A DNA stretch of 52,611 nt from Paraglomus brasilianum (taxonomy: Eukaryota). This document shows positions 1 to 13,697 of the stretch, in pieces. The DNA lies in NCBI GenBank assembly GCA_910592345.1, contig CAJVPI010000113.1, forward strand, positions 1 to 52,611. Direction: 5' to 3'. The position numbers and the translations under genes are program-made. Numbering within the stretch: the first letter of the stretch is position 1; each line of letters starts with the position of its first letter. Below the pieces are notes generated by a model that worked only from the letters and a program-made list of their open reading frames with translations, made no database searches and had not been told where the DNA came from.

Positions 1-231
1 ATCAATTAGAAACATGTGGAGATATGGATTTTTGAAGTATAAATTGAAATAAGCGATGTAGGGTTTTTATATGTTTTTATGTTTTTCATATGTTTTAGAG
101 GTAAATATTGAATGTTTGTAAATTTTTGCTGGAGACATCCGATCAAGCTGAAATTTTACAAGTGATCAGGGTTTATTATACACTATATACGGGAAACTTT
201 CAAAGCGTTTACTCATTCGTGTCCCGAATTA

Positions 232-263
232 GAAGTGGGGGGATACTTTTGCATCCTACTGTA
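232..263. mobile_element. Probable right terminal inverted repeat of a Tc1/mariner-like element whose body extends left out of the window
   Basis: The reverse complement reads TA-CAGTAGGATGCAAAAGTATCCCCCCAC, resembling the TA|CAGT....CAAAAGTAT layout of Tc1-type TIRs. No partner end was seen in the window. Confidence 0.35.
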
Positions 264-1274
264 AATGCAATTTTAATGTCACTTTCGGCCGACATTGTTG
301 TATGGGCGGCATGTTCAGTGATTATTCAAACGCAAATCCCCGAATTACGCAAGAAAGCAGTGCAGTGTTAGCGCATCTACTTTTACTCAATGTATGTTGA
401 AGAAAGGAATACGCGACATTTGAAACTTTTCCCACTGATAAATTAATTCACTTTTCAGGTTTTACTGGCTTACTATGGTTATGCTCTTGCTGCTGTAGTT
501 TCTAATTTATGATCGATATGTGCAAGCCGCCCTCACATGAATCTATGTACAATTAGGAATACGGTAGAAAACGGGGAAAGCAATATTATTGTCATTTCAA
601 CATTATAAAGCACTCGTGTTTTTTTTTTCGTTCAACTTTTGAATCCTGACCAATTGCTTTGTGAGATTCGAATATTTTTAACTGTTTAAACATAGAATTG
701 CATGCTTGTTATTATAATAAATAGGCGTTTATGATAACTCTTATTCGATCAAATTGCGATAGAATTATATGACATTCGATAGGCTGCATGTATCAACGAC
801 TAGTAAGGTTGAAATAAAGCGAGAATTAGAAGCTATGCCAATAAGCTACGCGAGATGCGTATTTAATAAACCCACTGCAGTTGACCAATTTGCATAGTAT
901 GCCATAAAAATGATAACATTATAGTCACTGCTGAAAAACTGCAGCTTAATCCATCTTATAGAAACTACCATTAAACCCTTATATTTATTTTATCTATCGT
1001 GTACGGGTAGATCACGTTTAAAGATATTCTATCTGAGACACGACTTCTATTCATTGTCCAACTGAACCACGAGGTCAGGCTGCAAACGGGCGACTCACTT
1101 TAATCCCAAGTATAGGGAACCTTTCCTTTAGTTACACCTATTATCAGTAAGCCCAAGACTTGCTGTAACACGTAGATAATATTAAAACGTCAATGTCCTA
1201 TGTAATTGTTCATCTAGACTGCAAACAAATCAATGCAATAAATATTATAAATAGACATCATTAATAGAAGAGTC

Positions 1275-4200
1275 CTATATTAATTTATGCTGCTGTAATT
1301 TCTTCAACAAAGCTGATGTATAATTTCTGGCAAACGACGAGAGAAAATACTATGTGTAATAATAGAGAGATAATTAGCGATCTGTGTATTGAGCAAAGTC
1401 TTATTTATTATATATCAACAGGCCCCTTATAGAACTTACCTCGTGCTCCGAATTATGTACCTTCACAAAATTGTGGGCCAATTCATGACAAAACGAAAAG
1501 AACCAATATATCATGGAATCGGAACTCCATTTCTCACCATCCGAACCATGCAAACCCTCATAAAAGTGCAAGTTGAAAAACAGTGCTCGATCGCGATTAA
1601 ATGCAATCGACTCTCCAACAGGATCATAGAAAACATGCACTGCATTCGTTGGCAGTTTGAATACGTCGGACAGCTCTTTGAGAAGTCCGATGAATTTGAC
1701 GAGGTGCTTTATGCGTGGATTACCAATGACTTCGGCTTGCACAATGTCCCTCGATGCATAAACTTCCATTCCATTAACAGGGCCTATGAAATTTAGTGAA
1801 TGACCTGACGGAAAGAAAAGTCACAGAGTCACGGAGACACGATTAGTGAAGCGAACAGCTTTCAATCAACCGAATCAACCGAATTACTACACACGCTTAC
1901 CAGGTACAACATCACAATAATGGCTTGCACTCTCAACTACCTGATTAACTGTTGCCTGATTGTTGATCGCAATTCCCGAATTAGGTCTACAGGCCATCAC
2001 GGCACTGTGTAAAGCTGCCTTCAGTTTATTTGTATCTTCCGATGTTACCGCCATCGGCTTTTTACCCTTTGAACTGCCTACATCCTGGTGTTGTGTATTA
2101 TCACTAAAATAGCCTTTAGCTTTATCAAACCAGCCATTTATTGACTTTGGCTTATCAGCAGATCGTTGTTTGGGGTAGCCGCTTTCCAGTAGTTTGTTTG
2201 TAACACGCTCAACATGATTATCAGTTTCTGCTGAAACCAGTGTGGATAAGTAGGCACGATCAGCGTCGGGAAAGATCTCCTGAAGTCTGTTGATATAATC
2301 CGTATTAGCATGTTGCGGCTGCGCCGGTGGAGTTATTGTCGAATTCTGCGGTTTATCAACTATAATTTTTTCTCTTCTTTCTCTCTTGGCTCTCATAATC
2401 CTTTCCACCGGATATCCCTTTCTTTTCAGACTCTGTAATGGAGTGGTCAACACCGAGCTCAAAAGTAGCGTATCATTCCATCTCGGCTTCTTGTAGATAA
2501 TAGTACTCAAACTGTAGGCGATGTCCAAATAATCAAGATCTTGTCCAGCAATGTATAATGTATGCGTGTTCCCCCTCGTTAGAAAACACGAAGTTGTCAG
2601 CTCTGTTTTTGTTTGTTTTGTTGATGTTAGGAGGTAACGTGTTTGTATTTCTTGGACCTGTTTAACGTGGATATTTTGTTGTATCCATAAGGCGTCATGA
2701 CGCATTTCGTTACGATGGCGTTCATGGAAGAAGAGTGCCGCTCGATCTTTGATTAAGTTTTCGAGCGTTGTGGACATGGGTGTATTTTTTGCTTCGCCTT
2801 TCGGAATGTATGAGGTTTGTACGCTCCGTTTTAGCCAACAACTACCAAGTTTCTAAAAATAGATTAGGTAGTTCAAATGAGAATATATCCGGATCATATA
2901 CAAACTCAAAGTTTCAAGGCTTATTATGATTGGTTTTCATTTAGACTGGTTCATTCGTACCTCGTAAAAATTTTCAAGCAATTCTTCGACTGGACATGTC
3001 AAAACACTAAAAGCTCTCCAAATATTCGGATCGTCATTCAAGAAAATATTCTTTGCCGTTGCCAAGGCGTAATGATTAACTTCATCTCCACCTCCATCTT
3101 CATCCATGATTGCATCATCCGTCCCTCTATTAGAAGATTGCACCCTAATTCCCAACAAAATAGGTGACCGTGACATCTCAGCAACCAATTCAGATTCACG
3201 ACTTATTAAATCAAAATTTGCAGCAATGCTACGCAGAACTCCGGTATATTTCTCAACATCGTCACCCATTTTCGTCCAAAATTCGGTTGAAGAACGGACG
3301 AGTAACCGAGCGAGTTCTATGGGAGATGGAGCTGATTTTACGCCACATGACCGAAGAAATACGTTTGCCTTTTCACCAAAGTCGATATAAGAAAAGAAAT
3401 CCCTATAACTAATATAGTGAAGAACGTCATAGTAGAGCAGCAGCACAACGTATAAAATGTAAGTATACATCTGTTCGTCCCGTTCTTCAACTAACCCAAT
3501 CGACTCTATTTCCTTACCTCTCATCCTGACTCTTAAAGAAACAACTATTCGGATTAGTATACACAATCTTATTCTCTTTATCTCTAATCGGAACAAATTT
3601 AACATTGCCTAACATCTCACAATCTGCATGTGAAAATATTCCCCGTTGTGTTGCAAGATATTCAAACACCTTTCTCGCTTCGTCTTCGTTCCGAGACAGC
3701 TTGCCACGCAATCTTTCTATTAATTTTTGCTTTGGCGGATGTTGATCTATGCCTAACTCTGCGGCACGGAAGCTTAAGTCTTGATGTAAAGCGTTGAATC
3801 CCATGACCGTACATGCGGAATTGACATAACAGTCGGAAGGTGTGGAATAAATTGAAGAGTCAGTGCAGGGAAGAAATGGTATGGTTATAGAATAAGAATG
3901 GTACCCGGTCGCGTAGTGAGCTTTGAATTTCTCCATGAAATAATGGAGAGCTTTGCGTCGAAGCTCGATTTTCGTTGGGGGAGCAGCCAACGAGAGAATA
4001 TCATCCATGGGCGGATAGGTACGGAGCCCGAGATCTATTAAGAATTTGGCTACACATTATATGTATTTAGAACATGTTAAGCCCTACGGACGTTGAGGAA
4101 GAAAATCGTCTCTAAAATTCCAAGATTTCCCAAACCTACCTTCGCTCGAATTATTCTTCCATTTCCCTTTCCACTCGATAAACGGCAGTTGAAATTCTCT

Positions 4201-7200
4201 CAATTCGGGCAAAGGTGCATATAACTCTGATGCCAAATATCTCTTGACACCCCTTTCCGCAGATCCGTTCTCATCCGCCTTTCCATTATCCTGCTCCTGC
4301 TCGCGAGGCCAGATCGCAGTAATTTCCAATCTTTTCTTTTCGATCGGTTTCAAATTGTTTGATATAGAGGCCAAGTACTTCACTAATTGTGTATGATCCC
4401 AGTTTCCCTGAGAAACTAAACGATCAAATATCAACTGCAGCTCGACGTGCTTGCGCACACCAAGAAGAGTAAGCAGTTTTTCGGGAGGATTTTGGAGCTC
4501 AACTGTCGGCAAATCCGGGAAAAGAGTCACTGACGAGAAGTAGGCCTCTTCAGGAATGCGCATTCCAAATTTGGTCGGAATCACTTTCTTTTGACATAAT
4601 AATGTACGAAGAGTATTTTGATCCGAAGAGGAGAGAGATGCAAGGGAACGCCCAAGGATTCTAATAAAGTTTTGAGCGAAAACGGTATCCGATTCAAGCT
4701 GTTGAAGTTTTGGTGTTTTGAGTATAAAATTCACCCAGGCCAGAATTGAGAGTTCTTTGTAGTTTCTGGTGATAGATGAATCGTGAAAGAAATACAAATT
4801 AATTATATGATGCTTGGAATGAACCTGAGTATGAGCAATTTAATACAACGTAATAAATAATATAATTACCCAAAATGTTTCCCGAGCTCATTCTTATTAA
4901 ATGATTTGGAAACATTATAAGGCAACATATCGTCAGGAAAATCATTATTTGGCGGTATCAATTTGGGGTTCAAGAAATAGTTAAACTTGGCCAGCGACGA
5001 AGCATTATCCTCCCACGCAAGAATTGCAAATTCTAAAAACGTCGACCTATCCGCGTCCTTCGTATGGTTTTTCGCACTATATTCAATCCACCACTTCATC
5101 AAACTGGTCATTTCTGTTTCGGTAAAAGTTCTATTCTGTAATTCAGTAAACAAAATATCGTCCAATGTAATCTCTCCAATCATTTTCTGCTCTTTCGCCT
5201 TCTTAAAGAAAGTATCACATTCTTTTAGAACATTCTTTGGAACAGTCGGAATAATCTTTATGAATTTTTCCATGTCCTGATTAGGTAGTCTAATTACGTT
5301 AATGGGGAGTACGCCTAGAGACGAAATAATAGGAAGTGGTTGCTTCGAGCAGGCGAAGAATATTGTTTCCATAATTCTGCCGACACGATTATTGGGGGTG
5401 CTTGGGCGAAAGGTAAAGTGTATTAGAGCATGTGTAGCTCGTTTTTGAAACCATTCACAAGCTGAGCGTATTGCTTCGTCATTTGAATCAGCGTTATTGC
5501 CTACAATTTCTTTATAAAGACGGGAGATCTGGTTCATTTCGTCTTCATATAGAACACGAGAAAGTACTCCTGATATTGACAACATTTCTTCATTATAGAC
5601 AGCTAATGTCTTGTCTACCAAATCTATCGACTCGCGTTCGACCTGAGTATTGCGTAGAAAAATAAGAAATGTATTAAATTACAACCGCGTTTGTGGACAT
5701 TAGACAATGAAAAAGCAACAGACGACAAACAGCTGCTACCGTATGGCCAAGCCCAACTCTTTGAAACATCTGAATTTATATCGACTCTTACCGTAGGAAT
5801 AACCCTCGCTGCCAAGTGAGATGAACATCCAGTCGTCTGATGCGTCGGGAAACCAATAAATATTCTTCCTTGTTCTGGATATGGCAAGAGATCCTTAAAT
5901 ATACCAATAGAAGCCTTCTTTTGGTTATTATCAGCCGCTGAAGAATTATGCTCATCAAATCCTGAAAACAACATTTGTATCATAGTCTTGCTCGGTGGTT
6001 TCTTTTTAGTACTACGTTCCATCTCCGCCGAGAATGCCTTCGTCACGTTTACGTCTAAATGCCCAGCCGCAATACGAAGAAAAATAGTCCCATTCTCTTT
6101 TGGACAACTTGCAGCTGTACGCGTGGATGATGTCACGAGTAGGCGTTCAACGTCTATTTGCACATTTCGTACGTCAACTGATTTGAGGTGGAACATTTTA
6201 CGCGGCGAGTATGTACTTAGACCACTTGCTATATCCATTGCACGTGAATCAGACATTTTCTTAGAGAGTTTTAGAATTTCTGTGTCATCTATGTACACAG
6301 ATATTCCGCAAAGGTTTCCAGTAAAGCCCTGGATGTGCAAAAAAAGGGGGTGAGTATACACTATAAGAATAATGGTATCATATAACAAATATTATGGGAT
6401 AATGATTCATTACTATCGATGTCGCTAGGAATCTTCCAAACTGTTCAGGATTTGGAATCTGTTGGGTTTACAAAATAGTAAGTTAAATGTCAGGAGTCAA
6501 TATTTAAAGAGCGGAACAAGTACGTTTAAAAATAAGGATAGAGATTTACACAGCAGTCGATCATAGTCAGTATGATATCTACTCACCTCCATGGGCTCTC
6601 TAACATCCATCAGAAACGTTGTCCATTGGTCGTTGGAATCCGTTGGCCCTCGCTTAGCAAATAGTTGATCTCCACGCCAATAAAACGCCATTCCATGTCC
6701 ACCAGAAGAAACACTAATGGGGAAAAAGACAAGCAATGGTATGAGACTTTAAATGCAGAGACGCGCTACGGCTGATTGATATAGACAACGGTTTATAATA
6801 ATCAAAAATAATACCATACAATGGCTCTTCGCATACAGAAAACAGTGAGTAAAATCCGACACCAAATGCACCAATCTACAGATCGTAACAGCAAAGCATG
6901 TATCAAATCAGAAATCATTCCCACAGATAGCATCGCGAGAAACTAATAATCAGAATTTTTCACCTCTCATACCTTTTGCTCATCAGGATTTCCCTCTGCT
7001 ATTTTTTTCAATCTATTCCAATCTTCTGATCTAAAGACAAAGCCATTGTTTTTGAAAAGTATTCTAGTGCATTTGTTTTTCATGTTTAGCTGTCCTGCGG
7101 CTTTGCCTGCTGCCGTTTCAAATATTATCTCTACTTTTGATGACTTTGCATCATCTGTCATGCGAATTTGGTCAAGAAGAGAGAAATGAATTTGGAACTT

Positions 7201-7454
7201 GAACATTAATTATGAAAACTTCACGGGTAACTGACCTGCATTCTGCATTAGCTCTCTGAATACTACAAATTCAGCGGAGTATCTAATCATTTACATGAGA
7301 CAGTTAAAGAGTTTGAATTCTACTGCGGTAACATTCTCTCACAGTTTACGCACCTTGCGAGGATCTTGTCAATTAAATGTCTTTGATTAACTTCTACTTT
7401 TTCTTCTCCATCAGCATTAGACAGCACTTGGTTTCTCAGTATGTCTAGTGACAT
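1275..7454 (-). CDS. Large multi-exon sacsin-like GHKL (HATPase) protein of the fungal DUF3684 type, with a CUE-like domain and a C-terminal HExxH zincin-like motif
   Basis: The spliced N-terminus reads MSLDILRNQVLSNADGEEKVEVNQRHLIDKILAR / YSAEFVVFRELMQNA / DDA...NNGFVFRSEDWNRLKKIAEGNPDEQK / IGAFGVGFYSLF, giving GHKL motifs ExxxN and GxFGxG. Consecutive minus-strand ORFs (5624-6388, 4866-5621, 4084-4797, 3514-4008, 2937-3605, 1887-2777, 1401-1769) are separated by GT-AG introns. CUE-like segment: RLQEIFPDADRAYL...VTNKLLE. HExxH: FCHELAHNF. The last exon YFLSSFARNY...KLI* ends at 1275. Confidence 0.88.
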
Positions 7455-10400
7455 TTCTGTAAAATATGAGCTTAGCCCAGGATAGCAATTTGAAGTTGAT
7501 TCTCAGGAGGACCGGTTCGTGTCATTTATATGTCTTTGTAAATTTAAAATTGGCAGGACAATTAAATATGTCACAAATGAATTTCAGGGGTTGCGCAATC
7601 GAGATATGTGGTTGACGTGGAGGCCCAGCCGAAATATTATTACGCCATCTGCTTGTGTCATTAACAACAGATGAATACGACGCATATAATATTAATTGTA
7701 TGGAGGGGAGAACACTGCGCGCGAGATTGATATCTAACAATGAACTTTGCATTCTAATGAAAGCTATAAATAGAGAACGCATTGTAATAATTTGCATTTC
7801 TGCTAATTCGAACCTAAACCAAATCGCAAACGTAAACAAATATTCACATAAATAAATTGACCATTTCTAAACCGTTTTAACTCAAACCCCGACAGAGTCA
7901 CAATGACAATTAAATTGGCTAGTTATAGAATTGTGAGTCAACTAGCATCACAGTGCTAGTAAATTCTATCGTATACGACGTGATGATGATCTAACGTCAT
8001 CAGGATTACGTTGAAAGTCCGCGCAGCTTTTAAATATAGTAATGAGGGTATACAAACAAATATAATAATATATTATTTAGCACACACGTTTTAACGTGGT
8101 GCGCCATTGGAATTTACTTACTACTTGGAGCTTGGCACACAAACAAAGCAGTATACATGAAACTCTTTATTAAAATCTTTTCCAATTATGGAATTTAAGT
8201 TGGCTGGGACACTTGGAGATGCTATGCTGGGTAGGAATAAAGCGTGGGAGAATAAAGCATGCAGCTCCTGTGGCTTTATCAAGTATAATTGTTGGCATGT
8301 TATTTCTGCCAATGATAGGTTAATTTTTAAGTCTCGTGAAATAACCTGTAAGTTATATTCTGTCATTTGGCTAATGATACACATTTGGACAAGTTATTAT
8401 TATTTGGTATCATCGCGAAAATGTTCTAACATAATCTTTGCCATATTATGTTTGTCTCTCAACCTATGCTATATTTTTGTATATTTTATATAAGGTTGCG
8501 TATGGTTTGGATATGTTAACATTCTATACCTATGCGAAGGATCTCATAAACGAAAAGTAGCCATGTTTTAGAAGGTATGAAGATATTTCCTCATCTCATT
8601 AACTTTCTGCTATTCCCGAATTCCGAATAACTATTTCTGCATCCTCGGATTCGTTTCTCTAACTCGTTTTTGGAGCAACGAGTTATAAGCATTATTAGTT
8701 AAAATCTGTTACACTAATGAATTTGCATAATAAACTCATTTACTAGGAACGAGGATAAGGAATTTCTTAAAAAGACGCATCGGCGTTTATCGCTCATTTT
8801 GATAGTTTTTGATTGAGCATTGTTAGTATTATTTAATTTAATGTTTAAGTACCATAATAAGAGCAAGAACAAATATAAAGGGGGTGATGAATGACAAGTG
8901 GAAGCGCAGTTTCTGATTGGAAAATGCTGTTGAATGATAAAATGGATAAGTTTAGTTGGACACTTTATTTGTAGACGATGAATTACATGTATTTCACGTA
9001 GTAAGATATTTAATATTCAATAATAATGTTATTTCATACTCCCTGTACGTACCGCCGCTAAATTTGGATGCCAAGCTTTGCTGTACCAATTTTACCCGAG
9101 TTTAGCATACTTTCCCTGTCTGACACACAATTTTACGATAATATGAGCCAGAAATTTTATCGATCACACTAAATTGACTCCTCAACTCACCCGATTTTTG
9201 GGCATGCTATTGCCACATTTTTTTGGCTAAATGCCATAAACTTTCTATGGGATTTAAGTATGGACTATTGTTAGGCTAGTAACAATTTCGCGCTGACATT
9301 TCGTGACAGCAAAAAGTTAGGCTTGAGCAAAAACAAGATGACAATTCATATTGCATAACATACAGTATACGCATTTGAGATGTATTCCGATAGTAGATAA
9401 TTAGGTGCATGCTGGCAATAATGTTTTTTGTTGATAAGAGTGACATTATAATGACGCATAAATTTCTCTTACCATTAAACACGAGACTAAGTCTTCTGAT
9501 AGGTTATCATATATTGCGTTACCACGTTATACTTTCGTCCCGTCTAAGTCAGTTATTTCTCAAGTTCAGGATACTCTGCTTACAGCCTATATGAAATTTT
9601 AGAATATGACTTTATTGTCAAGCTACACATACGTGTGCTAAAACAACAAATGATTGTGACGTGTGCCTCTCGCTTTCTGCGCAACCATCATTAGACATGT
9701 TGAACTTGTGACAATAAAGAGCCATTCATCGGGTTTGTCTGGTTGGTCAGGCCACTTAACTATCTCTTGATCAATAGGTATTCTTGAGGATTGAGCTTAT
9801 TATTGATTTGAATACGTAATCGGTCAATTAAAGATTGAATGTTATCGTTGTCTTTCTATTTATTAATTAAAGGATACTTGCGTTGTATTGTGACAATATT
9901 CGGGTTAGTTAGACTTTTCGCTATACTGCATAGGTCACGCCGATATTATGTGACACTACACGCTATACAGTTGAAGCTCGTTATAATAAAAAGTTGGGCA
10001 TAGCCCATGAGCACCATTATAATACGAGTCCATAATAATGTGATGGCTTGTTATAATGGACTTCTTAATGATTGCACGCGCGATTATGCTATCAGTTCAC
10101 TAATAAATGTCATCAGCATATTCACAATCTTTATTGCGGTCAACAAAAATGACAATTACATCAACCGTTACATGATATATGTTATATATATATAGATCAT
10201 AGCACCAGTGATATCAAGACTAGAGGATAACACACCTTTGACCCAACTCCACAAGGCACGTTCAACATTATCGTATTTTGAGGGGCGATTACGCTTCAAT
10301 TGAGCAATACACAGTAAGTCCGCTTTAACGAAAGTCCGTTTTAACAAATATAGCCTTATAACGAAGCTTTTTTAGGAACCGATTTATTCATATATGCTTA

Positions 10401-10545
10401 GCGCCCGGTTTAACGAAGTAAAATCTGTATAACGATATAGCGAAGAAATTTCAACCCGCTATAAGATAAACCATTCAGTTTTAACGAGGATTGCCTAAAT
10501 TAGCATGATATACCGAAATTTTGGTGCATAACAAAGTTCGGTATA

Positions 10546-10731
10546 CAGGTCAAACCTGTTTAAACCGGCGGACCTGGTTTGCCGATTCTTGGCCGGTTTA
10601 GCTAAGGACCGGTTCAAAAAATTGTTCAACTAGAGAAAGTTTCTAATTAATGAAAGTTTGGTGTAGTCTTGAGGCGGCCGGTTAAGCCCGAGACCGGTTT
10701 AATCAGCGCCGGTTTAAACAGGTTTGACCTG
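10546..10731. mobile_element. 186-bp MITE with perfect 25-bp TIRs and TA target duplication
   Basis: TA|CAGGTCAAACCTGTTTAAACCGGCG ... CGCCGGTTTAAACAGGTTTGACCTG|TA, with internal repeated CCGGTT motifs. Confidence 0.9.
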
Positions 10732-10761
10732 TATTATAACATTATAACGGAGTTCGTTATA

Positions 10762-10910
10762 CACAGTGAAATTCACTTTAACGAAGACATTTGTTCCACG
10801 ATTTTGCTTCGTTAACCTGAAAGTAAACTGTCTTTTTATATGAAATGTATGAATCTGTTCTGGAAAAAACTTCGTTATAAAGCGATCTTCGTTAAAGTGA
10901 TTTCACTGTG
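10762..10910. mobile_element. 149-bp MITE with ~25-bp TIRs and TA target duplication
   Basis: TA|CACAGTGAAATTCACTTTAACGAAGA ... TCTTCGTTAAAGTGATTTCACTGTG|TA, differing by one indel. Confidence 0.85.
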
Positions 10911-11799
10911 TAGTGTTACTGTATATAGAGATTTAAACAATACACTGCATGTAATAAAGATGCCTAATTCTTCGCCCATTCAAGGTTGCAAGTGATTGTG
11001 AGGAACAAGCCTCACCATTGTTCGGTATAGAATCTTCTCCCAAAAAACGTCCCCGAATTAAAGATAAATGTTGTTCCGGATCAAAGAAACTACGTACAAA
11101 CCTTACAATTGTTATGAAGAAGGAAATATGTCAGTACAGAAGTAAAGACGAATAAATCCTACTTTAACAAATATTACGTGATTATAATGAAAGTTCGTTA
11201 TATAGGTAGAAGTCCGCTTTAACGAACAGTCCGCTTTAACGAACAGTCCGCATTTTGGCTGAACGGAGCTCTTCATTAAAGCGGACTTTACTGTGTATAT
11301 TTATTAGAATTCGTTGCAAGCCACTTTTATTTTGCCATTAAAGACTGCAGAAACGGTTTTTTCCTTGATTCCGTACTTTGACGCAAGTTTGCCATTCGTT
11401 GGTGTAGGTTTTTTCTCCTTGTCAAGACATGGTGACGTTTTTGTGCATTTGTTAAAGATATTCTTATTGCTAGGCATTTCGTATAAGCCAAGTGCTAAAT
11501 ATTAGTTTTATACCCAATTTAACCAACCAATCATATTGAGTTTGACCCTCTTGTCCTATTGGCTGAAGCCATGTTAATATTTCCATTATAGTGCGACTGA
11601 TTGTGATATTCATCAAAAATTCCATTATAGCTAATAACGCGATTTTACTACAAGAAAATTGTGTTCCAAAAAATTTTTTACTGCGTGTGGTTACATTGAT
11701 ACTATTGTTCTTATTTACGGAAACAATATGACAGTCATGATATGATGTAATGATGTGTTACACTAAACAATATATCGATACCCGTTTGTAATTGCGGCA

Positions 11800-12140
11800 A
11801 ACACGCGTCTACTCATACGTATATACCCAGACTTCACCGGTTTATCGACCACATAACCGATAAAAGAGTTCAAACACGCGTCTACTCATATATATACCTC
11901 CACTACACATATATTGTTTCGTTTCTCCTCCCCTCCTCCAAAGCGCAAATACAACGTCACCCAAATACACAACGAACAACCGTTTGTCGTCACTCCGTAT
12001 CCCGCACATACGAACAAGTCCTGTAACGACACGGTTTATCAACCACATAACCAATAACTACACGTCTACTCGTATATATACTCAGGCGCTACTTTCCCAT
12101 TGTACCAAAGTGCAAATACGTCATCTACAAGTTCAATATG
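11800..12140. repeat. Degenerate direct repeats
   Basis: CACGCGTCTACTCATA(C/T)(G/A)TATA(T)AC-like motif at ~11802, ~11876 and ~12061. GGTTTATC(G/A)ACCACATAACC at ~11839 and ~12033. CCAAAG(C/T)GCAAATAC at ~11938 and ~12105. Confidence 0.55.
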
Positions 12141-13278
12141 CCGCCACCTCATATTCCGCACAGACGACAGCCTGCTACAACTCCTTCAATGAGCCATTAA
12201 CACTCAACAACGACACAAAAGAGTACGCACAAGAGCGAATTAACGTACATACACAAATCCTCATTATTGACGTGTAAGAGTTGGAAAAAGTTGTTTTGTA
12301 CGCACTGATTTAGATATTCGACGGGTATGTTCTTGTCTTCACTAAAATAAATAGTTGCGTCATAAAATAACTAACTAGCTGTTATAATATCAATTATGCC
12401 ACTTAGAAGTACATACGAGTCACTTCCTCTGTTTCAAACAGTTTTCCGACATTATCTCGCTCTTTATACTACTTTGACAACTCGGGCTGCCCTTGCTTCG
12501 TTTATTATTCTCATCTGTGCGCGCCAAGTCTACTCGGCATATTCCAACGCCAATAACCAAGCAAGCTTCCTAACTATTGACAAAGCGGTTATTGATAGAC
12601 GGAATGGAGATACAACCACGAATATAATCGAAACCGGGTTGGGGAGGAGACGGTGGAGTAGATGAGATAGATAAATAAACAAATGGTGGATGGTAATCGT
12701 TAACCAACAAACTATTACTTTTTGAACTGGTTTACTAGGTGGCTGCTTTCTTTTGTGGACGGGTACGGATCTGGATCGGATAACGGGTAGTCACCTCCTA
12801 CCCGCCGTTGTCCCCAGTGCTCGCCGGCGGTGAAGGGATCTGGTACGGGTCTGATGAGTGGGTCACGGGGGATGCCCGGAACACTCTTCAGACATCTCTT
12901 TTTCTTTTTTTATACAGCTTTTAGATGACGAGAAGAAGGTTGGGGTAAGTATAAGGTAAGTATCGCATTGTTTTACGTTATCACTAACTCTATTTTCTTT
13001 TTTTTCTTCTCTCTCCCCTTTTTTTCACTGACGGTTTGCTGGTGACCGGATCCAATGGGACACTGGTGGAAGTGGACGAGTTTGAGGGGCCGATTCGGTG
13101 ATTGCTTAGTTATTTGTGAAGGATTTGTTCATGAAGCTAGTTAGAGATAAAAAATGAGTTTTGCTGCTTGGCATGCCGGGTTGGAAGCAATGGTTATTTG
13201 ATTATTTATCCACCTATTGTTTATTCGTCATCTCGTATTATTGTTATTGTTTATTTATTCATTTATTTAAGTAATTAT

Positions 13279-13404
13279 TGTCACGGCTGATGCTGAAATC
13301 CAGCTGAAGCTGAAACCATGACCTTTCATTGGTTGATCAGATTTTATTTTCTAACCCCATTGGTTAGTTTCAGCTTCAGCCGGATTTCAGCATCAGCTCC
13401 CACA
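13279..13404. mobile_element. Small fold-back element with TGT...ACA ends and 31-bp inverted repeats; partial second copy at ~13428
   Basis: GCTGATGCTGAAATCCAGCTGAAGCTGAAAC (13286) pairs with GTTTCAGCTTCAGCCGGATTTCAGCATCAGC (ends 13397), 1 mismatch. TGTCACGGCTAATGCTGAA recurs just downstream. Confidence 0.7.
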
Positions 13405-13697
13405 ATTATTATTAATAGTAGTAATAATTGTCACGGCTAATGCTGAATTGAAAAGACCTGATAATTTTCTGTTAAATTATTTTACATCACTTCAACTATA
13501 CGCATATTCCATTCCTTAAAATTTAATAAATGTATCAACACGTTGCCAAATCGCTGTCTTGCTCTTCATGACTTAAACCACTTATTTGCGATCCCGGTCG
13601 GCAAATTTACTTGATTTTTTAAAGCCAAAACAAAGTGACATGTTCTCTCTACTAAGATGGATGATATGTGACATAATGATAAGGGATCGTTATAAAC

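Larger units (their letters stand above)
10310..11295. mobile_element. Non-autonomous Tc1/mariner/pogo-like TIR element (host of two nested MITEs)
   Basis: Left end CACAGTAAGTCCGCTTTAACGAA versus right end (reverse complement) CACAGTAAAGTCCGCTTTAATGAA. TA flanks both sides. Subterminal AGTCCGCTTTAACGAA repeats occur at both ends. Confidence 0.8.

Noticed and set aside
1389..6353. Plus-strand ORFs (e.g. 1389-1796, 3106-3390, 4987-5280, 5988-6353)
   Set aside because: They are antisense shadows of the exons of the minus-strand GHKL gene.
8121..8493. Short overlapping ORFs with faint similarity to a hAT dimerisation motif
   Set aside because: The resemblance (LPSIASPSVPAN) is too weak and has no supporting motifs.
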